From: a virus
Lineage: Duplodnaviria; Caudoviricetes
IMG/VR virus record: IMGVR_UViG_3300025852_000005
Location: 1 to 49,400 of that record
Reading direction: 5' to 3' (one strand)
Length of the DNA stretch: 49,400 bases
In this document: piece by piece, positions 17,515 through 25,616 of the stretch
How the letters are laid out: each line of letters starts with the position of its first letter
Position numbering within the stretch: the first letter of the stretch is position 1
The notes under the pieces: generated by a model
What the model was told of the DNA's origin: nothing
The model's database searches: none
What the model saw: only the letters and a program-made list of their open reading frames with translations
Position numbers and translations under genes: made by a program

Positions 17515-18531
17515 ATGGCCCTTTCTCCCGTTGGAACGCAGGGTGTGTTCGCGCCCGTCAATATCGCAGGTGTCCTGTTCGCCAAGACCGATGTGCGTAC
17601 CCCGCTGTTCAACATGCTCGGTGGGGTCGCGTCGAGTGCTCGTGAGTTCCTGTGCAGCGCTGAATACAGCCTCGGTGCAGCCTCGCAGCCTGCCATCTCT
17701 GAGGATGCGTCGCAGACGGCCCCCGCGCCGACCTACGACACTCCCACGCAGGACAAGAACGTCACGCAGATGTTCCACCGTTCCGTTGCTGCGACCTACC
17801 GCAAGATGTCTAACACGGACGAACTGACTGGTCTGAACCTCGCCGGTCAGAGCAACAACGTCCAGAATCCGCTCGCGTTCGCCATCGCCAACCGCACGGC
17901 TGAGATTCGCAATGACATCGAGTTCACCATCATCAACGGTGTGTACTCGCTTGCCACGACCTCCGCGACCATCGACAAGACTCGTGGCCTGAACGCAGCC
18001 ATCGAGACCAACGTGGTCACTGGTGGTAGCGATGAACTCGGCGGAGACATGCTCATCGAACTCGCGCAGGGCGTCGTCACTGATTCGCCGTACGGCCTGC
18101 TCGGTGTGACGGGTGTTCTGAACCCGGAGCAGATGGTTCAGTTGAACAAGATCATTCTCAATCAGGGTCAGCGCGCCTCCATGAGTGACGCTGGTTCGGC
18201 TCTGACGACGTACCTCACCCCGTTCGGTCGCCTGAACTTCATGGCTCACCGCTATCAGCCCAACGGCACCGCTGGTTTCTACAACCTCGGCATCTGCCGC
18301 AACGTGCTTCAGGGCGTTCCGGGCAAGGGCAACTTCTTCTACGAGGCGCTGGCCAAGGTCGGCGCTGGCGAGTCCGGTCAAATCTTCGGCCAGTGGGGTC
18401 TGGATTACGGTCCCGAGTGGATGCACGCGAAGATCACGGGTCTGAGCACCACCACCACGGCCACCACGGCTCCGCAGGTCTTTGTCACCAACGGTTCTGG
18501 TTCGCCGGTCTTCACCGACGAGGTTTCGTAG
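17515..18531 (+). CDS. Major capsid protein (SU10/DUF5309-like)
   Basis: TPLFNMLGG, NVTQMFH, EIRNDIEFTIING, TRGL, Y.TPFG, LAKVG..E.GQIFG..GL.YGPE..HAKITG. AAGGAG RBS and strong codon bias. Confidence 0.88.
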   Translation: MALSPVGTQGVFAPVNIAGVLFAKTDVRTPLFNMLGGVASSAREFLCSAEYSLGAASQPAISEDASQTAPAPTYDTPTQDKNVTQMFHRSVAATYRKMSNTDELTGLNLAGQSNNVQNPLAFAIANRTAEIRNDIEFTIINGVYSLATTSATIDKTRGLNAAIETNVVTGGSDELGGDMLIELAQGVVTDSPYGLLGVTGVLNPEQMVQLNKIILNQGQRASMSDAGSALTTYLTPFGRLNFMAHRYQPNGTAGFYNLGICRNVLQGVPGKGNFFYEALAKVGAGESGQIFGQWGLDYGPEWMHAKITGLSTTTTATTAPQVFVTNGSGSPVFTDEVS

Positions 18532-18540
18532 GCATCTGAC

Positions 18541-18870
18541 ATGGCCTTCGATGTCACAGCCATAGCCTCTGACATCCCCGATGCTATCTTGGTGTGGTGT
18601 GGGGTCGCAAGCCCCACACCCGCCGAGGTGGCAGCGGCAGAGATGGCTGCTACGGCTGCAATCGACACCATCAAGTTCTACCGCAAGGTAGACGACTTTG
18701 AGGCCGTGTATACGTCATTGGCAATCGAGATGGGGGTCTACGCCTTCTCGAAGCGCGGCGTGGATGGCACCATAGCCTTCAGCGAGAATGGCGTAGTGCG
18801 CAGTTTCGAGAAGGGTTCGTTCCCGCCGTCGATGCTCGCACGCATCGCCCTTTCCGTCGAGACTGGATAA
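18541..18870 (+). CDS. Head-tail adaptor (connector)
   Basis: K.G.DG..AFSENGV.RSFE motif; follows the capsid gene. Confidence 0.8.
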   Translation: MAFDVTAIASDIPDAILVWCGVASPTPAEVAAAEMAATAAIDTIKFYRKVDDFEAVYTSLAIEMGVYAFSKRGVDGTIAFSENGVVRSFEKGSFPPSMLARIALSVETG

Positions 18871-18871
18871 G

Positions 18872-19225
18872 ATGCCGACTTTCGCCGCAGGACTGAAGCG
18901 GCCCGTGTGGATAGCCCACGGGACGATGGTCAACGGCGTACGGCGGTACGGCACACCTGTTCTACATCACTGGAACTGGCGGGGATTGAGTTCGACCATC
19001 GGCATGATGACGTTCGGACCTGAGTACATGGACTACCGCCGTGCGGTCACTGACATATCGGAGACTGTCGGCATCTCGCAACTTGACAGGGTTTGGCTTG
19101 ACGAGACGCCACTTGAGACAGTTGACGCGCTGGCGAGCACCGCAGAGTTCTACGTGCTTGGCGTCGTGCCTAGTGCGGGTGGCATCGCAGACGTGACGTT
19201 CAAGCGGTTGAGCCACGATGATTAG
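18872..19225 (+). CDS. Head closure / head-tail joining protein
   Basis: Synteny; YG.PV...DRVW....P......Y.V pattern. Confidence 0.65.
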   Translation: MPTFAAGLKRPVWIAHGTMVNGVRRYGTPVLHHWNWRGLSSTIGMMTFGPEYMDYRRAVTDISETVGISQLDRVWLDETPLETVDALASTAEFYVLGVVPSAGGIADVTFKRLSHDD

Positions 19226-19736
19226 AGTCCCGCTTCCGCTGAGTGTCGAGAATGTACGTCAGTTGAAGACACAGATAAAGGCACTCGCCAAGTCGTTGAA
19301 CGACAAAGTGAAGGTTGACATCGAACGGGCCGTCTGTGGTTCCATCGCAGAAGATGTCCAAATAGGCATTGCGATGATTCAGGACGTTGACGGCAACTAT
19401 CTCGGTGGAGACCCGTCTGCCGTAGGCGTAGAGGTCGGACTGATTGGGCACGATGTTATTTGGCGGGGTAAGCAGATAACGTACCTTGAGTTCGGAACGG
19501 GTGCGGTGGGTGCAGCGGGGCACTATCCGGGTGCAGCCATGCCGATGTCCGGCTACATGCCCGACCCAACCAAAACTGCATGGAACTACAAGAATATGGG
19601 ACACCCCGTTACATCATTCGGTGAGGTGCCGCACGCCCCGATGTGGAACGCGGCGATGGCCATGCGTCGAGCAGGCGCGCTCATCCCTGCGAAACGGATA
19701 GTAGAGGAGGCGTTGCGACGTGCGGTCACTCTATGA
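19218..19736 (+). CDS. Neck / tail-completion protein (HK97 gp10-like)
   Basis: YLEFGTG..G...P motif and PMWNA. Confidence 0.8.
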   Translation: MIRVPLPLSVENVRQLKTQIKALAKSLNDKVKVDIERAVCGSIAEDVQIGIAMIQDVDGNYLGGDPSAVGVEVGLIGHDVIWRGKQITYLEFGTGAVGAAGHYPGAAMPMSGYMPDPTKTAWNYKNMGHPVTSFGEVPHAPMWNAAMAMRRAGALIPAKRIVEEALRRAVTL

Positions 19737-20130
19737 CGACATCGTGACTGCCCTCAGCGAACACACCTTCACGATAGCGAATGTTGCTGTCCGTAAACCG
19801 TACGAGGATTCACCCAAGGAATATCCGCTCATCGTGGTACATGAAATCACAAACCTTCCGACAGACCACGCCACCGTGAGCGGTGAGGAACGAACCATTC
19901 TCGCGTATCAACTGGACATCGTTGCACGCGACTGTCTGGACAACGCGGGCAACGTAGTGGGTCGAGCAGATGCGTCAAGACTGTTGATGTACGAAGTCAG
20001 CGACCTGCTCGACACCATGAAGGTGACACGTAGAACCATCACGCCGGGGGCACCTACCCTTGACACGGTAACGACGATATGGCGTGGCGAAGGCGTGTTG
20101 GACTCGTACGGGTACACGTACAGACGATAA
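19720..20130 (+). CDS. Tail terminator protein
   Basis: YP.IVV.EI.N......YQLDI pattern; precedes the major tail gene. Confidence 0.7.
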   Translation: MRSLYDDIVTALSEHTFTIANVAVRKPYEDSPKEYPLIVVHEITNLPTDHATVSGEERTILAYQLDIVARDCLDNAGNVVGRADASRLLMYEVSDLLDTMKVTRRTITPGAPTLDTVTTIWRGEGVLDSYGYTYRR

Positions 20131-20142
20131 GGAGCAATCAGC

Positions 20143-20601
20143 ATGGCACAGATTACTGCTGGAATCAAACTGTTCTTCGGTGACGCTGCTGTCAGCGGCT
20201 CCACCATCACCATCCCGACCTCGTGGACTGAGATTCCCGACATCACCTCGGTCCCGGCAATGGGCACGGCCCCTGCGAAGATCGAGACGACCACGCTCGC
20301 GGAACTGCGTCAGAAGACGTACATCAACGGTCTCATGGACTTGGGTGGGTCGTTCACCTTCGACGCGCACATGACCCCCGCGCTGGTCGATGCTGTCAAC
20401 CTCGCAGCCGCCGACGCCGCGTCAGGCAAGACGCGCGCGTTCTCCGTCCAGTTCCCCGCGCCGCTTGCGATGCGCTACTGGTGGACTGGCACCATCCTGC
20501 CTGTGGCTCCGGGCGATTCCAAGACCGACGCTGCTGTCAGCACGATGCTCTACATCTCGCAGGCGACTTCGCTGGTTGAGGTTTCCGAGGCTGTTTCTTA
20601 G
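20143..20601 (+). CDS. Major tail (tube) protein
   Basis: EIPDITSVP.MG.AP.KIETTTL....KTYINGL.DLGG...F; AAGGAG RBS. Confidence 0.88.
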   Translation: MAQITAGIKLFFGDAAVSGSTITIPTSWTEIPDITSVPAMGTAPAKIETTTLAELRQKTYINGLMDLGGSFTFDAHMTPALVDAVNLAAADAASGKTRAFSVQFPAPLAMRYWWTGTILPVAPGDSKTDAAVSTMLYISQATSLVEVSEAVS

Positions 20602-20670
20602 CAGGAACGAGGGTGGGCGACCAGCCCTAAGTGGTCGCAACGCATTATCCATCTGTGAAGGAGAGAGCAC

Positions 20671-20964
20671 ATGACCAGCGTTGACTATGAGGGAAACACG
20701 TACGACCTTAGTCTGACTCGTGCGGGCGTACGCGCGGCAGAAGCACAGGGGCTTTCATCGTCGGAGATTGCTGACAAGCCGTTCTCCGCGCTGAACCTCC
20801 TGTTTTTCGCTGCGCTGTATAGCAAGTACAAGATGAACCCGAACAAGTCCGGCGCGATGCTCGACGCGCTGCTTGATGCAGGCACCGTCACGTTCGAGGA
20901 ACTGTTCACCGAACTGTCGGAAGCCTATGTCGAACTTTTCAACTTGGGCGGGTCGAAGGAGTAG
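20671..20964 (+). CDS. Tail assembly chaperone (gpG-like)
   Basis: Between the tail tube and tape measure genes; Y.L..TR..V...E.QG pattern. Confidence 0.75.
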   Translation: MTSVDYEGNTYDLSLTRAGVRAAEAQGLSSSEIADKPFSALNLLFFAALYSKYKMNPNKSGAMLDALLDAGTVTFEELFTELSEAYVELFNLGGSKE

Positions 20965-21023
20965 ACCTCGGCTCGCAACCTGACGCGAAAGTCTACACCA
21001 GTCTCAGTGAGTATTTCTCGGAT

Positions 21024-21386
21024 TTGTGTCCACAGGTCATGGCTATCGGTGTCTCGTACGAGGAGTTCTGGCACGGCGAGCCTGCGATAGTCGGATACGC
21101 CATCGAGACTGAGAAGTTGCGTCAGAAGAACACCGCGATTCTCAGCGACGTGGCAGCATGGAATACGGGTCTGTACGTTATGATCGCGGTGGGTGTGGTG
21201 CTGTCTCAAGCGTTCGACCGCAACAGCCAAGCCGCCTATCCGAGTGAACCGTTGCTCGCCACGGAACTCGACGAGCGGTTGAAGAAGGATAAGTACGAAC
21301 GTGATCTGCGTAAGCAGCGAGACGATTTCCTCGCCCTCGCAGCGGCACTCTCGTTGCAGAACTCGAACGGGGCAGGCACAGCATAG
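21024..21386 (+). CDS. Tail assembly chaperone second part (gpT-like), probably reached by a -1 frameshift
   Basis: MAIGVSYEEFW...AW..G.Y......YP.EP motif. The frame is open from 20877 and overlaps the gpG end in the -1 frame. No clear RBS. Confidence 0.7.
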   Translation: MCPQVMAIGVSYEEFWHGEPAIVGYAIETEKLRQKNTAILSDVAAWNTGLYVMIAVGVVLSQAFDRNSQAAYPSEPLLATELDERLKKDKYERDLRKQRDDFLALAAALSLQNSNGAGTA

Positions 21387-21404
21387 GCGTGTCTGCCCCG
21401 TTCG
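21364..21404 (+). terminator. Hairpin between chaperone and tape measure genes
   Basis: CGAACGGGGCAGGCAC...GTGTCTGCCCCGTTCG inverted repeat. Confidence 0.55.
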
Positions 21405-21425
21405 TTACCTGAATGGATGTTCTAG

Positions 21426-24400
21426 ATGTCTAACGCCACCACGGTAGACGAACTTGCCATCAACGTAGTTGCGGAAGCGAAACCCGCTGCTGATAGTATT
21501 GGTCTGCTTGTTACAGCGCTCGAAGGTCTTGATGCGATTCTGGCCCCTGCGGTTGCCAAACTCGCAGCCTTGGCTGTTGTTATCCCTAAGGTCAGCATGT
21601 CTGCGCTCAAGGGTACTATCGCCTCGGGTTCTGTTGAACTCGGCAAGACAGGTACCGCCGCAGACAATGCGCGTGCTGAGTTGCTTAGATTGGGGAATCA
21701 GTTTAGGGAGACCCAGACCGGGATGGCGGCTGGCACCATTCCAGCCAACACAGCCTTCAAGCAAATGGGCACTATCTTGGGGAATACCAATACCCAGATA
21801 ATGCAGATGAAAAGAATTGGCACCGACCTAATCCCGTCTAGCGAACTTGAACTTGCCGACGCGGGGTTCAGTAAGATGGACTTCGAGGTTAAGAAGTTGG
21901 CGTCAAGTCTCGGCGTTGTTCCGCCTTCGCTGAACAAGGCATCTATTGCGGCAGAGCGTTTCGGTGGGTCGCTGAAATCCTTTCAGAACAACACTAAGAA
22001 CGTTGACCCCATCTCTCCGAACTTCCCGGTGCAACTCGACCAAGCGAAGCGTGCGCTCGCACAGATGAAGTCGCAGTTGTTCGCCGTCTCCCGTGAACAG
22101 TCAACGGGAGGCGCATTCAACACGACCCAAATCTCGCGGTATAGCAGCGCGATATCTGCTGCCACGAATCGTCTTCAGAAGTTGACGACAACCGCAGCGT
22201 TCGCACAGAAGATGCAGTCTTCTACTGTGATGATGGGTGGCGCGGGTTTCCCAGCCGCGCCGTTGGCATACACCCCCGCCTTCACGCAGTCGGCTACGGT
22301 GGCTAGTGCTGCCATGAAAACCACCACAGCAGCCATCAAGGAAACCGCGCCTGCACTGGCAACCGTGCAAAATAAGGTCTCGTCCTTCACTCAGAAACTT
22401 CAGGCGATGGGGACGGACGGCACGAAGGCAACGAACATGTTGGGTGGCTCGTTCATCCAGTTGCGCTCTACTATCTTCTTCGCCTTCTTTGCCATCGGCG
22501 CGTTGGTCGTGCTGTTCAAGGCGTTTGTCGGCGCGTCGGCTATGCTCATTGAGAAGATCAACCTATTCCAAGTCACGATGGGCAAGGGTGCCGAAGCCGC
22601 GAGTGCGTACGGTGACGCAATCACCAACGCGCTCGGACTCGACCCGATGGCGTTCAAGACCACCAATGCAAACTTCCAACTGTTGGCTGTTTCGCTCGGG
22701 ATGACGGCAGAGAAAGCGACCATCGTCTCGCGCAACCTTACCCAGTTGGCTTACGACTACGCCTCGTTCAAGGATATGTCCTTCGCAGATGTCGAGGCTA
22801 AGTTCACCTCGGCGCTCGCGGGGCAGACCCGCGCTGTGGCTCGGTTGGGTATTGATGTGACGCTCGCCGCGCTGAAGGTCGAAGCCCTCAAAGAAGGCAT
22901 CAAGGGAAACGTAACTGAGTTCACCAAGGCGAACAAAGTCATCCTGATGCACAACATCATGCTTCGGCAGTCCACGTTGGCGCAAGGCGACCTCGCACGA
23001 ACGCTGGCCTCTCCAACGAACATGATGCGTATTCTGGGCGACCAGTTCCAAGTCGCCGCACGCACCATCGGCTATCTGTTCATCCCTGCGTTGAGCGCGA
23101 TTCTCCCCGTGCTCATCGCTATCATACAGGGGATTACATCGCTCACACAGCGATTCCTCGGGTTGTTCGGAATCGAGATGCCCTCGTGGACGGACATGAC
23201 GAATCAACTCGGTCAGGCTGCTGTGGGTACCGACGATCTGTTCAACGACATGACCGGCACGGCGGCTGCGACCAAGGCTGCGGCAGATGCCGCGAAGAAA
23301 CTCAAAGACTATACGATGGGGATTGACGAACTCAACATAATGAAGCCACCGGAGGCCGACAAGGGCGCGGCGGGTGGTCCCAACATCAATCCCTTCGGTG
23401 TCTACGACATGATAGGCGGGGCGAAAGGACTGAGTGCCATCGTTGCACCAGTCCTCGCTGAGTTCAAGAAACTCGGTGTCGTGTTCAAACCGTTCCTCGA
23501 CGCCCTTGGCAGGGTATGGGACGCGCTCAAACCGTTCGTCAAGAACGTGTGGCAGGGTTTCGTGGACTTCTGGAACAACACGATGAAGCCGATGGCTGTG
23601 TGGACGATAAACACCATTGGCGTTGCCGCGCTCGAAACCATCAGGAAGATACTCGAATGGTTTAATGACCACCCCAACGCCGCCAAACTGCTTGGCGAAG
23701 CCCTCGGCGCGTTCGTCGCGCTGAAGGGTCTTGACATGACCATAGGCATCCTGAGCACCTTTTTCGGTCTGTTGGGTGGGGCGTTTGGCCTATCCAACAT
23801 CACGGGAGTCATTGACGGAGTAGGGCGTGGCATTGGCGGCATCATCGACGTTGTGGCGGGTATATCCACTATGTCTATCCCTATCAAATCGGCTCCGTGG
23901 GTACGTGACCTAACCAACACAGGTATAGGTATCAAAGACTTGTTTGCTGGGTCTGGCGCAGTCGGTGGGGTCGGTACCGCAATCAGTGGGATATTCGATG
24001 CCTTCGCTACGGGCGGCGCGTCGGAAGGGTTCACCGCGCTTGGCGCGGCCCTTGGCCCCACTGGTTGGATAGCGATTGGTGTCGCGCTTATCGCCACCGT
24101 CATCTGGGCGAACTGGGACAAGATAAGCAAGTGGGGCACGGACTTGTGGGACTCGCTCGCGCCCATACGACAGTTGTTCACCGATACGGTAGCCACGATG
24201 AAGACGGCAATGGCACCCGCGATGGACGCGTTGTCCAGCGCGTGGGATCAGTTGAAAGTCGCAATGTCGAACATCTGGGATATAGTCGTGCTAGTGTGGA
24301 ACTTGCTCGGTCAACCCGTCATTGAACAACTCGGAACGGCCATCAGCGGAATCCTTCTGGCAGCGCTGTATGCACTCGTCATTGCGCTGAGTATCGTTGC

Positions 24401-25175
24401 GGGTGTTCTGCCGGGCATCATCCAGTTGATTGCCGGATTGGCTGAGGTCATCATCTCGACATTCAACCTCGCGGTAGCCACAGCGACGTTCGATTCCAAG
24501 GGCATAGCAAAGGCGCTCGCTGGTATCGGAAAGGGTGTAGCCGACTCCATCGGTGGGTCCGTGAGCGCCGCGACGGGATTTGTGTCGGGCGCAAAGGCGG
24601 GCATCACCGCTGTCAATACCAGTATGCAGAAGTTCGCCGCGAACACGGCGACGACCACTAAGACCGTCTCTGCCAACGCGGATAGCATGGGTAAGCATAT
24701 CAAGGGCGCGCTCACCATCAACACAGATGGGGCTATCAACAACCTCCACAAACTCTACGACAAGTGGGCGAAGATCGCCAAGATTGCGTCCACGGCAGGT
24801 TCTATCCAACACGAGGCACTTCTCAACTCGTTCTCGGACACCTTCTCAAATAAGTTCACGAATGCCCCTGCATTCGCCGCAGGCGGTATGCCGACCTCGG
24901 GAACGATGTTCCGGGCAGGCGAAACCGGACCGGAACTCACGGGTTCGTTCAACGGCAATCCCAACACAGTCATGCCGCTGGCGAACAGCGGATTCGTCGA
25001 GGCGATGGCCTCGGCTGTCTACTCCGCTACCGTCGCTGCGATGGGCACGACGAAGCAGAACAGCGGTGGCACGGGCGATGTGTATATCGACGGTGTGAAG
25101 GCAGGTAAGGTCATCAAAGCCAGCACGACTCGTGCTGGTCTCGGTGGCATGGTCTCAGTCGGACAGGCGGGATAA
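21426..25175 (+). CDS. Tape measure protein (1249 aa)
   Basis: Long Ala/Gly-rich helical protein; NLTQLAYDYASF, AQGDLARTL.SP.N..R, W/F-periodic repeats, C-terminal FAAGG...AGE.GPE. Confidence 0.93.
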   Translation: MSNATTVDELAINVVAEAKPAADSIGLLVTALEGLDAILAPAVAKLAALAVVIPKVSMSALKGTIASGSVELGKTGTAADNARAELLRLGNQFRETQTGMAAGTIPANTAFKQMGTILGNTNTQIMQMKRIGTDLIPSSELELADAGFSKMDFEVKKLASSLGVVPPSLNKASIAAERFGGSLKSFQNNTKNVDPISPNFPVQLDQAKRALAQMKSQLFAVSREQSTGGAFNTTQISRYSSAISAATNRLQKLTTTAAFAQKMQSSTVMMGGAGFPAAPLAYTPAFTQSATVASAAMKTTTAAIKETAPALATVQNKVSSFTQKLQAMGTDGTKATNMLGGSFIQLRSTIFFAFFAIGALVVLFKAFVGASAMLIEKINLFQVTMGKGAEAASAYGDAITNALGLDPMAFKTTNANFQLLAVSLGMTAEKATIVSRNLTQLAYDYASFKDMSFADVEAKFTSALAGQTRAVARLGIDVTLAALKVEALKEGIKGNVTEFTKANKVILMHNIMLRQSTLAQGDLARTLASPTNMMRILGDQFQVAARTIGYLFIPALSAILPVLIAIIQGITSLTQRFLGLFGIEMPSWTDMTNQLGQAAVGTDDLFNDMTGTAAATKAAADAAKKLKDYTMGIDELNIMKPPEADKGAAGGPNINPFGVYDMIGGAKGLSAIVAPVLAEFKKLGVVFKPFLDALGRVWDALKPFVKNVWQGFVDFWNNTMKPMAVWTINTIGVAALETIRKILEWFNDHPNAAKLLGEALGAFVALKGLDMTIGILSTFFGLLGGAFGLSNITGVIDGVGRGIGGIIDVVAGISTMSIPIKSAPWVRDLTNTGIGIKDLFAGSGAVGGVGTAISGIFDAFATGGASEGFTALGAALGPTGWIAIGVALIATVIWANWDKISKWGTDLWDSLAPIRQLFTDTVATMKTAMAPAMDALSSAWDQLKVAMSNIWDIVVLVWNLLGQPVIEQLGTAISGILLAALYALVIALSIVAGVLPGIIQLIAGLAEVIISTFNLAVATATFDSKGIAKALAGIGKGVADSIGGSVSAATGFVSGAKAGITAVNTSMQKFAANTATTTKTVSANADSMGKHIKGALTINTDGAINNLHKLYDKWAKIAKIASTAGSIQHEALLNSFSDTFSNKFTNAPAFAAGGMPTSGTMFRAGETGPELTGSFNGNPNTVMPLANSGFVEAMASAVYSATVAAMGTTKQNSGGTGDVYIDGVKAGKVIKASTTRAGLGGMVSVGQAG

Positions 25176-25181
25176 CCCACC

Positions 25182-25613
25182 ATGATGAGCGACTACATCC
25201 AAATCAGCAAGACCCGTGGTGGTAGTTCGGGTAGTTACACCTACTCGTGGCAGAATATCCCTCTGCCAAAAGTGGACTCGGGCGAACTCGTCTTCTCGAC
25301 CAACGTCGATGGCGGACGTAACGCGACGGGTACGTTCATCGGTCAGACGGTCGGGTCGGACAAGTGCAAAGTGACACTTGCCTTCCCGCCTCTGACCGAC
25401 ACTGAGTTCCACACGTTCGTCAGTCTCTTTGATCGCTCGCAGGGCGGCACCTTCACCTTTTGGGCGAAGTTCTACGACCCGCGTGTGCGGGCCAAGGTCA
25501 TCAAGAAGATGTATATTGGCGACCGCAAGGGCGATCCGTTCCGTGTTGGCACAACGTCCGGTGGCGTGCCGAGTCACTGGCTCAACGTCTCCGCAGACTT
25601 GATCGAGGTCTAG
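25182..25613 (+). CDS. Distal tail protein (DUF6711-like)
   Basis: GRNA.G...G..V...K......FYDP......MY.GDR.....W.NVS..LIEV; follows the tape measure gene. Confidence 0.75.
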   Translation: MMSDYIQISKTRGGSSGSYTYSWQNIPLPKVDSGELVFSTNVDGGRNATGTFIGQTVGSDKCKVTLAFPPLTDTEFHTFVSLFDRSQGGTFTFWAKFYDPRVRAKVIKKMYIGDRKGDPFRVGTTSGGVPSHWLNVSADLIEV

Positions 25614-25616
25614 AAT

